This document shows positions 13,339 through 24,684 of a stretch of 64,000 nt of DNA, in pieces (positions within the stretch are counted from its first letter, which is position 1; the number at the start of each line of letters is the position of its first letter). This DNA is from Camelus ferus (Eukaryota). The notes beneath the pieces were generated by a model that was not told the DNA's origin, did no database searches, and saw nothing but the letters and a program-made list of their open reading frames with translations. The stretch is taken from positions 14,820,001 through 14,884,000 of the forward strand of contig NC_045696.1 of assembly GCF_009834535.1 (NCBI RefSeq), given 5' to 3'. Position numbers and translations under genes: made by a program.

Positions 13339-13610
13339 CACTGTTAAGATAACTATGATAAAAACAACAACAAAAGACAGGTGTTGGTAAAGATGCAGAA
13401 AAAAGGAACCCTAGTAAACTGTGGGTGAGGATGTAAGCTGGTGCAGCCGCTGTGGAAACAGTATGGAGGTTCCTTAAAAAACTAAAAACAGAGCTACCTT
13501 ATGATCCAGCAATTCCACTCCTGGGGGTCTATCTGAAAGAACTGAAATCAAAATTTCAAAGAGATATCTGTATTTCCACGTTCATTGCAGCAATTGTTCA
13601 CAGTAGCCAA
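13339..13610 (+). mobile_element. L1MA-type ORF2 C-terminal segment (inverted part of the adjacent insertion)
   Basis: 'ggaaacagtatggaggttcctt...tatgatccagcaattccactcctggg...gttcattgcagc' is canonical L1 ORF2 3' sequence. Confidence 0.9.
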
Positions 13611-13649
13611 ATTCTTGACATATTATGAACATATAGGTCTTTCTTTGAA

Positions 13650-14725
13650 GACGTTGAAGGGTCCCACATCAAATCTTATTCATGATTGCTTCCATTGCAT
13701 GTTCTTCAATGTTCTACATGACCTCAAGTTTTTCAGAATACTTTTTTAAAGTAATAATAATGGGCAAAACATTTTGTAACACAATTGTAAAATTTAAGAT
13801 TCTGGCTTCAGTATTTCAGAAAAGGATGAAATGATGCGATTCATGTTGTCAGTCATAAAAACCTGTAAAGCCATCACAAAAGACATGGGGTGCCGTCCTT
13901 GTGGGCTGTGTATTCTTACTTCTGCCCCTTAGGGTGCTGTGATTGCTGTTAAGTCTGTTTCTGGACCACCTAAATCGGGTCCCGGTAAACACCATCCTTA
14001 GTGCAAGTCTCCCTGTCAGTATCAGCACCGCCTCTCAGAGAGGAAGAAATGTGGCTTTTTGTCTTACAGTAATGAATTACCCGGCGGCAATGATGACAAA
14101 GCTTTCCCCTAAAGCAGGGGGCTGATGACTCAGCCTTGTCTGACGAAGCAACTCTTACCCTTTCAGGGCTCCACCTCACATCCTCTCTTTGAACTCTCCT
14201 TCTAATTATTCTTTCTCCCAGAATTAAACAAGCAGAAAATACTTTTACCAATATTATGATTAGGCAGCGTCCTTATTTCTTTTACTTGACGTTCAAGACC
14301 CAACAGACTTTAACACGATGCTGACACACCATTCTCTTCATTCCCGGTGAAAAAAATTGATCAGATCACTTCTTACGACAGAGTCTCCCTCAAATCTGCC
14401 AAGTCTGCAACTCTTTCGTTTTCAAATTAAGAAAGTGTTGAGAATTGACTCAGATTTGGTTTCCACATTTCCATGATAACTCAAGCTCCTGTTTATTTTT
14501 ATCTTTAAGCACACGTGGTGGTTTTGAGCCACTATTGGAAATGCCTGGAGTACTACAGGGAAATCGCTATGCAGTATTTTCATATTTGCATTTACAGTTA
14601 CTTCTGAACAGTTTTTGAAGAGGGCGCTAAGTCATATTTGGCTTTGTCAGCAGCATGTACCGACCAAACACCAGGGGGCAGGCTTGGATCACAAAAGTTT
14701 GTCAGCACTTTGCTTTCAAGACGTA
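13650..14725. promoter_or_regulatory. Candidate enhancer/insulator: repeat-free, CpG-retaining, motif-dense
   Basis: About 20 CpGs in ~1.08 kb by hand count. Motifs: ATGACTCAGC (AP-1/NF-E2-ARE) 14125-14134, TGACTCA 14446-14452, CACGTG 14512-14517, ATTTGCAT 14584-14591, CTCF-like ACACCAGGGGGCAG 14668-14681. Confidence 0.45.
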
Positions 14726-15084
14726 TAAAGTGTATGACTGCACAAAACACAGTGGTATAATCAATTTTTTTTCTAACAGATTGGATCTTCCATAAGAATA
14801 ATCCACTTTGTTTCCATTTTAAAAATTCAAGAGAGATCACATAAAATTTTACACTTTATATTTTTGTAAAATTTTTAAAAATACATATTCTCAATTCTGG
14901 CTTTCTATTTAATTTTGCTCAAATATATTGGTACAGATGAAGAAGATTTTTTAAAATGGTAACTGTCTTCTAAGTAGTAATCCTATACGACATTAAAAAA
15001 ACTAACCAATAAGTAGAAAACACTTAATACAAAATAATTTGGAATCACGGATCTTTTCATAATATTTAATTTTCTTTTGATCCA

Positions 15085-15490
15085 TTTGATTATGGGAAAC
15101 TTAGAAATTACTGATGTGCAAAAAGGGAGAAAACACTAAAAGCAGTCTACATTCCCAGTACCCAAGAGAACCACTGTTATCATTTGGTGTACTTTTTAAA
15201 AAATAAATGTTTTTTAAATCAAGATACCTCTATCTATCCCAATCTGTCTCTCTTTTCCAAACACGAGATCGAGGCATTGTGTGATCTGCTTGTATTTTCC
15301 ACTAATAACTTACTGTTGACAATTTTCCTGTCATTGAATATTTTCCACATCATGATGTGTGACAACTTTGTAGTATTATATTGTGTCATTGTGCATAATT
15401 TATATACTCAGTAGTTTCCATTATTTAGATCACTTACAACTTTTTAATAAGTTCTTTTTAAATAAAAATAAAACATCTCTCGTTTCCCGA
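15085..15490 (-). mobile_element. L1ME4-type LINE-1 3' fragment
   Basis: 'acccaagagaaccactgttatcatttggtgta' and 'gtgcataatttat' resemble the antisense L1ME 3' UTR. Confidence 0.55.
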
Positions 15491-16049
15491 ACAGGTGGAT
15501 CATAATGCATGTAACATTTCTATATTCAGAACATTTATCATTCATCGAGAACGATAGTTTATATTCAGAGTAAAAGATTAATTTCAGATATGGATAGTAC
15601 ACTAATTTACAGCCTCTTGAAGAAAGGTGAATCATGATTGAAAGGCCAGTTTTCACACTCATCTTAGGTATTAATCATCTAAGTGTCTTCCCTACAGCGT
15701 TCAGTTAAATCACATTTAATTACCTCTTGCCAAAAGAAATCATTTGAAATGTGGTTTCTCGCTGTGACTAAGAATATGATAAACTTACCCAGTTCCCATT
15801 ATTTAAGTCATCCCTATTTGATGCCACTTAACAACATCTTAATGGAATGTTTTCCCACATTTCAGGGGATGTTTCTGTGTTGATGCCTGTGTATGTCAGC
15901 GCCAATGAAAACTGCAGCGCTTAGAATAACTCCTGAACACATAAAAGAGAAACTGCTGAGGACCATTCTGGTTCTGGAAGTTATAGCTCCGCTTGTAAGG
16001 TTTTTGTGCTGATATGGGTTGTGCAAATAATTAGGGAATTATACAATCC

Positions 16050-16150
16050 CTGATAGCAATCAGTGTGAACTTGGGCAAGTTTTTCAAAACGTTTTCACAC
16101 CCCAGATTCTTCCTTTGTACAACAGGGTTATCTTTGCAAAGACACTGTGA
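16050..16150 (+). mobile_element. MIR core fragment
   Basis: 'tgtgaacttgggcaagtt...cagattcttcctttgtacaacaggg' matches the MIR core. Confidence 0.6.
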
Positions 16151-16428
16151 ATATTGGAAGTGGTTGTTTATGATGAATCTGTGTTGCCTGGCCCCCATTA
16201 ACAGACACTGAAACTGGGAGAGGACATCATGCTGTGTAACATTCAAGGGCCCTAAAATCTCATGTTTATTGACAAGAGGCAGGCAGAGCCTTGCTCCTGA
16301 TGCAAAACCTCCCCCTCCCCATCAGGGTCAAGAGTAAACCCAGGCACTGGGTCTAAGATCAGGGCATTTCCAGACTTTCAACCCCAACTTCCGTGGTCAC
16401 AAGGGGATTCACACACTGGAATTGGGAC

Positions 16429-16807
16429 CACAACGTTGTATATGGACTATACTTCAGTAATAAATAAATAAAAAGGAAAAAAATGCACAAATGAATTTAT
16501 TTAAAAAACAGAAACAGATTCACAGACATAGAGAACAAACTTAATGGTTATGGAGCGGGGAAGGGGGTAAGAAGGAATAAATTGGGAGTCCGAGATATAC
16601 AGGTATTAACTACTGCATATAAATAGATAAATAATGAGTTTATACTGTATAACTCAGGGAACTATATTCAATATCTTGTAGTAACCTATAATGAAAAAAA
16701 TATGAAAATGAATATATGCATGATAATGTATGACTGAAACATTATGCTGTACACTAGAAATTGGTACAACATTGTAAACTGAATATATTTCAATTAAAAA
16801 TAAAAAG
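16429..16807 (+). mobile_element. Two tandem cetartiodactyl/camelid-type L1 3' ends
   Basis: A short terminus 'cacaacgttgta...gactatacttca' plus A-tail (16429-~16475) is followed by a ~325-bp 3' UTR 'aaacagattcacagacatagagaacaaac...cagggaactatattcaatatcttgtagtaacctataatg...acaacattgtaaactga' plus A-tail. Confidence 0.85.
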
Positions 16808-16857
16808 AGAGAGAGACCTGCTTTCATAGACCTCTTTGCCTCCGTTAACTGTGGTCA

Positions 16858-17500
16858 GATGTTGCTGGTGGGAATGTAAAATGGGGCAGTTATATTGAAA
16901 TAAAGTTTGACAGTTCCCCAAAATGACAGATAGAGCATTATCATAGGACCCAGCACATCCTCCATGTTGTATATCCCCTCAAAATAGAAACATACATCCA
17001 CACAAAAATTTGAATATGAATGTCCATAGCATCATGATTCATAACAGCACAAAAATGGAAACAACCTAAATCTACCAACTGATGCATGGATGATAAAAAT
17101 GTGCTCTATCCATACAATGGAATCTATTTAACAATAAAAAAGGATGAACTACTGATACATTCTACAATGTAGATGGATCTTGAAAACATTATGCTAAGGG
17201 AAAGAAGCCAGTATAAAACACCACATGTTGTGATTCCATTCATATGAAATGTCCAGAGTAAGCAAATACATAAGACAAAAAGTGAATTAAGGTTGCCTAT
17301 GGCTGGGGATGGGGAGGTAGGAAGGGTGATAGGAGAGAGAATGCTAAGGGGTTCAGAGTTTCTTTTTAGGTTGAAGAAAATGTTCTAAAATTACATTGTG
17401 GTAATGGTTGCACAACTCTGAGTATACTAAAAACCATCGAACTATATGCATTAAATGGATGAATTGTATGATATATTATTTATATCTCAATAGAGGTGTT
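16858..17500 (+). mobile_element. L1MB-type LINE-1 3' end
   Basis: Runs from 'ttgctggtgggaatgtaaaatgg' through 'ttgtggtaatggttgcacaactctg...tatatctcaata'. Confidence 0.9.
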
Positions 17501-17699
17501 TGAGTTGGCCAGCCCTGCCCCACCCTTCATTTCCCACACTCAGGGCTTCCCCCAAACTCACCTGTACTATTTACCAGAATAGATCGTACTATATTTTTTA
17601 CCTGTTATTCCTGGTACCACAAAAACTCCCTGAATCACAGGTCACCTTTACTTCCTCACTCATCACTATAAGGCTCTGAACATGTCTGATCCTTTCACC

Positions 17700-17940
17700 T
17701 TCCCTCATTCCTGTCCTACTAAACACTCTCTTCATCTCTTTGCTTTAAGGCAAGCCTGGTTCTCCCCTAAAAATACTGCCTTTCCTAAAGCTCTCTCAGT
17801 TAGTTGCTGTTTCTTCTCCCACAGACCTCATTCTAGTAGGTCTGGAGGTGATATGAATGTCCTCTTTGCCCCTCATTTCCATTTTCAGAACTCTCTGCTT
17901 CTGTTTCCTAAAAACTCCTAATTTTGAATTGTATGTCTTT
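17700..17940 (+). mobile_element. L2 internal (ORF2 5') fragment
   Basis: 'cctggttctcccctaaaaatactgc...ggtctggaggtg...gtcctctttgcccctcatt' resembles the L2 endonuclease region. Confidence 0.55.
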
Positions 17941-17958
17941 GGATGATATTAATTCACC

Positions 17959-18060
17959 TTTTTAAAAAACAATTTATTGAAGTGTAGTCGGTTTACAATG
18001 TTGTGCCCATTTCTGGTGTACAGCACAATGCTTCAGTCATATAGGAACATACATATATTC
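17959..18060 (-). mobile_element. Young camelid-type L1 3' terminus
   Basis: 'tttattgaagtgtagtcggtttacaatgttgtg...tttctggtgtacagca...tcagtcata' is the reverse complement of the same L1 terminus seen at ~16710-16800. Confidence 0.85.
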
Positions 18061-18184
18061 TGCCTTCCCTGGACTTATTTACAAAGCCACAGCCCTGGCT
18101 TAATACAAGTTCCCATCGATTCCTCCATGTCTCAGTACAGCTGAATATGACTGAATAAAAACACATAATCGTGTTGATGTCATT

Positions 18185-18570
18185 ATGTTATTCCTGGAAC
18201 ATGGGAAGAACACTGGGGTCACTCTTCCAGGAATGACCTTCTCCCAGATATCCCCATGGCTAACTGCTTCCTCCTCCTCATGCTTTTGTTCTGATTTAAC
18301 TTTTCTAAGGAAAATTATTCTGATCACTCTAAAGTTACAATCTTCACCTCCCTCCCTCCTCTCCCAATTCTCCTTAAACTCTTCAGTTTTCTTTTTCTTT
18401 TCTTTCTTTTTCTTTTTTACTGGAATGTTTTTCCTTTTATCAAGGTGAAATATACTTAAATGTAATTTCTGCAGGAGCATGGATCTTGTTTTGTTCACTT
18501 ATGGAAGCCAAATTCCTGGCACAGTGACTGCCAGAGTCAGCAAATACTTAAGGGTAATATGGGATAAATA
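18185..18570 (+). mobile_element. L2 3' region
   Basis: 'cttctcccagatatccccatggcta' and 'tcttgttttgttcact...cctggcacagtg' match the L2a/b 3' end. Confidence 0.7.
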
Positions 18571-20197
18571 GCATTGTGTTTCTTTCTAGAGTAAAATCCC
18601 TTGGTGTTCCACACTTACTTACAAGAAGACCTACTCCTTAAATCTGCCCTCTGTCTAGGTCTGCAGCCTGATCTGCAGTCACGGCCCACTGTTTTTCTGC
18701 AATGAAAATATTATCTTTCCATTCTATCTTAAGTTTTCTTCCTCTTTAAGTATTGCTAAGTTCCAGGATAATCCTGGGAACTTTGAGTTGCACAAATTTT
18801 CCCTGGTGGAGAGACACCATAAATGGAAATACCATACAAATGTGAAATTTTATCACTCTGTCATCAGGACTCAGAAGAGCTTTACCTGAAATCTATAAAG
18901 ATGAGGAGGTCATGAGGGTGTAAATCAAAAAATGTGCTCTCTCAGCTCAACCCTCTCTGAATACATTTTAGTCTTAAGGTAAGAGTTTCCAAATACAGAC
19001 AGTCATTACTTTGATTTCAGGTAGTTGACCTCGAGACAGGGAAAGACCTGAGAAGACTTGTGTTTTGTTTTTTTTTGTTTGTTTCTTTGTATTTTTTTTA
19101 ATTTTGCTTATCTTGTTTTTCGTGTTCTCTTTGTGGAAAAAAATATTTTCAATGGATCATTTTATTAAACATGTGCAGTTTTATTTTTTGCAAGAGAAAT
19201 AAGTGTTATTTTCACAGTTCCCTCCTATTAAAATAATTTTTAAAATTCTGTTAAAATGATGAAGAAAACAATAGTGAAAAATATGCTTGTTATATAAACA
19301 TGGATACGCAGGCAATCAGCATGAGATAGAAATTATTAAAGTAATTAAAACATTTGCAATATAAGTTACATAATTTTGTGGTTGTATGTTTAAAATGTAA
19401 TTGTCAGAAGTAACTTTATTATTTTACTTTTTGATTGGCATATAAATTGTAGCAATCTATTTTCTAACTTCATAATTAAAATATGAATTGACATTTAAAT
19501 TAAAATCAAACCCTCACATGTTTACCTGCTCATAGTTCAAAAATGTCATTTTTTTCACTAAAGTGTTTCAAAATGTCATATACTCAATTAAAAATGTATC
19601 TACCATGCTATTTTATAATATATGAATAAACATATGAATAAATATAATAACAAAACATAGTGTATGTTTTAATTTGTCATTTAGACTTTTTTTGTTATTA
19701 AATATAATGTCCACTTTTTATAATATCTCAATTCTCATGTCTTCCCTGGCAGCAACCTTCATTACACACCAATAATGACAATCTCCCCACCCAGTGCATT
19801 TGGTACCTTTATAATACTGATTAATATAAAGGGGAGATAATTCCTTAAGTTGTTCATGGTAGAAACAATTAAAAACTGAAGCACAAAAAATTAAAATTTC
19901 AACAGAAAGTTACTCTTTTTTTTAGCTTCCTAGGGCTCATAAATATCTCTTATTCATTTTCAGTAATCGTCAAATTGAGAGCATCCTTCAAGTGAAGTCA
20001 CCATAAAAGTTAAAAAAAAAAAAAACACACTCCATGCTTGTGAGGACCTGTCTAAATGGTTTTATTAGTAGGATGTGTCACCACCAACTCGGCTTGATGG
20101 AAAATTGAGTTTTGAAATGACACATATTTCCTGTTCTCCAGTTAACCAGAGATTTCTTTTGGGCTTTCCCTTTTTTTTACCCCTAGTCATCTGTAGA

Positions 20198-20236
20198 AGA
20201 GAGAGAGAGAAAAAAAAAAAAAAAAAAAGAGAGAGA
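20198..20236. repeat. (GA)n-A(n)-(GA)n compound microsatellite
   Basis: Directly visible pure purine tract. Confidence 0.9.
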
Positions 20237-21842
20237 CTCTAGAAGACAACTGAAGAAGTAGAAATAATTGTCTTATTTTGTTCAAAATGCATTCTCCCTG
20301 CTGTTCCAGCTACCTCCAAGAAGGTCTGCCTACTTCTCCTAGTAAGGAGAACTGGCTGAGTAACTCTGGGGCCATGGAAGAGCATTGGAGTCCTCTCTGC
20401 TTCAGGCAGAGGAGGGCTTGCTGAGACATAGACTATGATGGTATAGATGGTATGAAGTATTTAGAACTATAGGATATGAAATGTTTGACTACTGGTAGAT
20501 GAAGACAAAACAAAATACATTTACCTCTATATGGCTAATCAAATTAAAAAAGGAAGAGATAAAAAGTTAATTGTGTTTGCTCAGGGAAGGAAAATTGTGT
20601 ATTTGTGTCAATTATTTATTTTTATAATTTTGTGACTTATGATTACCTAAAAGAAGAGTGTCTGAAAGCCAGACTTCCAAATGGTGGATCCCTGAACTCC
20701 TGCTTTTTGAAGGAAGTCAAAATTGCCTCCTTTTAATATCTAGTCACCCTGGTTCACCTGTCTGAATCCATCCTTTCAGGATAATTTCTTTCTATTGAAA
20801 CATTATTTCTAGAATAATATACATTCCCATTTTCCTCAGCCCCATCACACACACAATCTTATTTTCTCACACAGTCACCTACAAGTGATCAAGCTTGAGG
20901 AAGGCAATAGAACATGAAGTTATACATGTGCTGAAGTAATGAAGCAAAAGAGAGATTCTTTGTACAGAGAAAACAATAGGTGGAGAGATCACCAAAATCA
21001 AGACCATTATCTGCCTCCACACTCAGCTAAGAGTTCATGCCTAAAGAGAACATCCCATTGAGAAAACTGAGGCTCCAGCATGAATTCACTAAAGCCCCTT
21101 GTGACATGGGACATCAAAATAAAATGCAATTCCTCCATCAGAAATTGTATTTCTGGAGGACTCCAAAAAGGTGTGCAAGAAAAAAAGTAAAAAGTTGTTT
21201 GTTATCACAACTTTCCTGTATGTCTAATTGATGTGCCTGTCAGAGTAAGCATCACCTCAATGTCAAAAAGTGATGGTCCAAAGTTCATATTAAAGACTAG
21301 GTTATAGCATTACACCTGCAGTTAATGGAATCATGATAGTGTTCATTTAATTGAGACAGTCTTCTCTTCTTTTGAGTTTTTTAAACAGTAAGAAATTAAA
21401 ACAAATATTTATTAATCAAAGCAAATTAAAGACGTTTTAGAGCAGCCTAAAGTAAAAGGAAAACATCACCTTCATAATTTTATTATCTTTGCAAATGAGA
21501 CATATTAAATACAAATTATATTATCCATTTCACATTTTCTTTCTTAATAACAAATAGTACTGATGAGAAAATTTGTGTTATAATTTTTTTTCCTGGAAGA
21601 AGATGTGAGTCATTAGGTGTAGAAACAAATGATTAATTACCACCTACATGCTACTACTCAGTTATTTTGAAAACCTAAGTGCTCCCTCCCATGTCTCAGA
21701 TTTTCCACACTGGAAGGAATCCCATCCATTGACTTGAAGAAGAGCAATCCTAAAGAACTGTCAAGAAAGATGCCAATCAATTCATTTGCAATTATTATTT
21801 GATTTCTGATTTTGCTTTCCAAGGGAATTCATCTGCCCTTAT

Positions 21843-21877
21843 ACACACACACACACATACACACACACACAAACACA
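21843..21877. repeat. Imperfect (CA)n microsatellite
   Basis: Directly visible. Confidence 0.95.
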
Positions 21878-24187
21878 TCCCCTATTCCAGGAATTGGGAA
21901 TATATGATCGAACAAAGTGTTAAAAAAATAAAATAATTTTTTCAGGACCTATGATAAGGTGGTAAGACTAAGCTGTCAAAAAATTCCATCAGGATGAATT
22001 TCATGGGGGATTTCCATAATAGCCTAAAATATGAAGTCATATAAAAGAACCCTTTAAAAAAGTACTTCTTCATCTTTTAATTCTATTATATGTTGTGTTC
22101 CTTTTGTGCTGAATTTATCTACTTTCTAGCAGATTTGATATATGCTGTGGTTAGGATTCTAACTGAGGTTAGGTCTTGAGGCTAGGAAGACTCTAAGAAA
22201 TGCCAAAGGAAGTCATTATCTTGTAAATCACTATTACCGTGTCCCCAGGAAAGACAATGTATTGTTGTGTGTTTCATACACCACACAAGACAGTGTTTGG
22301 GCTCTTATTACAGACTTATCTAACCTACAGGACATCAATCACTGACTTGTTTCTTCTTCTTAAGTTAAAAAGAAGTGTGTTTTACAAATATTAAAAGACT
22401 TAAAACTTGAGCATTTCTTCCATGTGCGTATTGTAAAGACAATTTGCTAAAAATCACTCAGAGTTGGTGTTTAGTGACATTGTTTTAGTGATTAACAAGC
22501 ATTCATTAAAGGAAATTTAGCCATTTCATAACTTGATATTTTGATATTTTTTGTAATATTTACTTAATGAACAGATATATTTAGTAAAGATGTTTTAGGG
22601 AAGGGACATTGTAAACAATAGCAAAAAGTAGTGAAAAGCTCAAGTAAGACATAGAGGAATAACAAAATATTACATTTACTTCTATGAAGATAAAATTGCC
22701 TCCATTCTAAAATTTTTATATAGAATAACATAAATAACATGATAGTTTGATATGAAGTTACTTAAGGGGACAGTACATATATTTTATTCAAATATGCTGT
22801 TTCTATTGCCTTTAGACAGGAATTAGCAGCAAAAAAAAGATCTGACAGTAAATATTTTTTACCAAAGGAGAGAATATCTAAAATCTCTGTGCTACGTGAA
22901 TGTACCCAAATTCTATGCCCAGTTTTGACACACATAGCATTGATATTACATCGTGTTTTGCTTATCCTGCTAGTTATTGCCCAAACAGAAAATATATAAA
23001 GCTATTGTCTGTGGAAATACATTTTTATCATCAAATTTCCAAATGTTGCTTTAAACAATTTGGAGTTCTTTAATTCTAAAATTTTAAAATGTATGTATCT
23101 GCTGGGACACTTTCTGAAAATGACTGCTTCCTTATAGTTTGTTAGATCTTCTTTTGTGAATGAGGATAAGCACAGACAGACAGATATTGACACTGAAAAA
23201 AGAATGAAGGTACAGTTTTTATTTAACTAGTGGAATTTTGTAAATTTCATAGTGACCATGAGACTCCTGCAGTCTTCAAAATCAATAGGCAAATTAACAT
23301 GGTGGCATTTTCCTCAAAGTTTTACTTCTTTGCTTGAACCTATATTCTTTTCACTAAGAAAATACTGTAAAATGCTTGGAAAGATTTTTAATGCCAATGT
23401 GAAAAATGGTATATAATCTACTCATTGTTGAATTTCCAAGACATGTCTAGTATGTCTGAATTATATTTACCATCAATATCTAAAGTTTGACATCTATTAT
23501 CTAGTAAGCTATAGAATTCAACAAAATGTATTTAACATTTATGTACTAATAGTTTGTTTTTTTTAACTTAAAATAATAGTTAAGAAGGTTCATGATTAAA
23601 AATTAAAAAAACTTCATCAGTGAAGAGTCATGAGGAATTCTTGGTGCCCATTACATTATTCCAAGATAAAAGCCCATTACAATAACAACCGAATAATAAT
23701 TTTAACCAACAAAAGCTTGGAAACAAATACTGTTTAATATAAAATCTTCCGAAAAGTTATGGTGCAAAAACCCAACTTGAAATAACTAATGGAAAGAAAA
23801 TACCTTAAATATGTTCATAGACCTTAGACCACGTGATATTCGTACTAATTCACATGACAAATAGACAGGCTTTTTCTTCTCATTTTAAGAATAATAAAAT
23901 TGAAATTTTCTACTTAAGGGCACACGACAATTATGTGACAGAGACAAATCTAGAATTTATGTCCCCTGAATTTACGACCAGGCTTCTTTTTACTATAACT
24001 AACTTTCTGGAGATTTACCATCTTTGACATCCAGAGTGTGGGGTTACTTTTTAAGTGAGACCTACATAATGGGACACTTCATAAATGAAATATATTTTGA
24101 TTGGCATGTGCTGTGTATTTTCTTCATGCAAATATTCCTATATAAGGAATTATGTGAATAAAAGTTCATTTGAAAGAGCACAACATA

Positions 24188-24354
24188 GGGCAGAACTTCC
24201 AGAATGGTGAAGTAAGGGACTCCAAAAATACACCCTTCTATAAAAGCAATGAGAACATTTGCCAAAATTGCCAAAATCAACTCTTTAAAACTCTTAACTA
24301 AAGGCTTAGAACAATCCAAGGAGTATTTATTCAAGTAAAATAGCTGAAACTTGT
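24188..24354 (+). mobile_element. L1MC/MD-type LINE-1 5' terminus
   Basis: 'gggcagaacttccagaatgg...ataaaagcaatgagaaca...caaaatcaact...tttattcaag' matches the recalled L1MCa/MDa 5' end. Confidence 0.6.
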
Positions 24355-24666
24355 TACTCAGGTCAACTATATTCTTACTTATTTTTTGTCTGATTGATCT
24401 ATCAATTAGTGATCCAGAGGTGTTGAAATCTCCAACCATAATGATGGATTTGTTTTGCCTTTTATTTCTATCAGTTTTATCTCATGTATATTGATGCTCT
24501 TTTCTTAGGTTTATACATGTTTAGGATTTTATGTCTTTTTGGACAATTGACCCCTTTATAATTATGTAACATCTTTTTCTTTTAATGCTCAATAATCTTC
24601 CTTGTTCTGAACTCTGTTATATCTGATATTAATGTACCTACTATAGCTTTCTTTTGACTACTGTTA
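24355..24666 (-). mobile_element. LINE-1 ORF2 endonuclease-domain fragment, inverted
   Basis: The minus-strand peptide MVGDFNTSGSLIDRSIRQKISKNIVDL matches the L1 EN motif (GDFNTPLS.LDRS.RQK). Confidence 0.9.
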
Positions 24667-24684
24667 AAAAATGAAAACAACCTA

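Noticed and set aside
18100..18498. 132-aa lysine-rich ORF
   Set aside because: It is an antisense reading of an L2 3' region, and the poly-K comes from a T-rich tract.
24062..24439. 125-aa minus-strand ORF
   Set aside because: The N-terminus is an L1 endonuclease fragment that reads through into unrelated antisense L1 5' sequence and flank.
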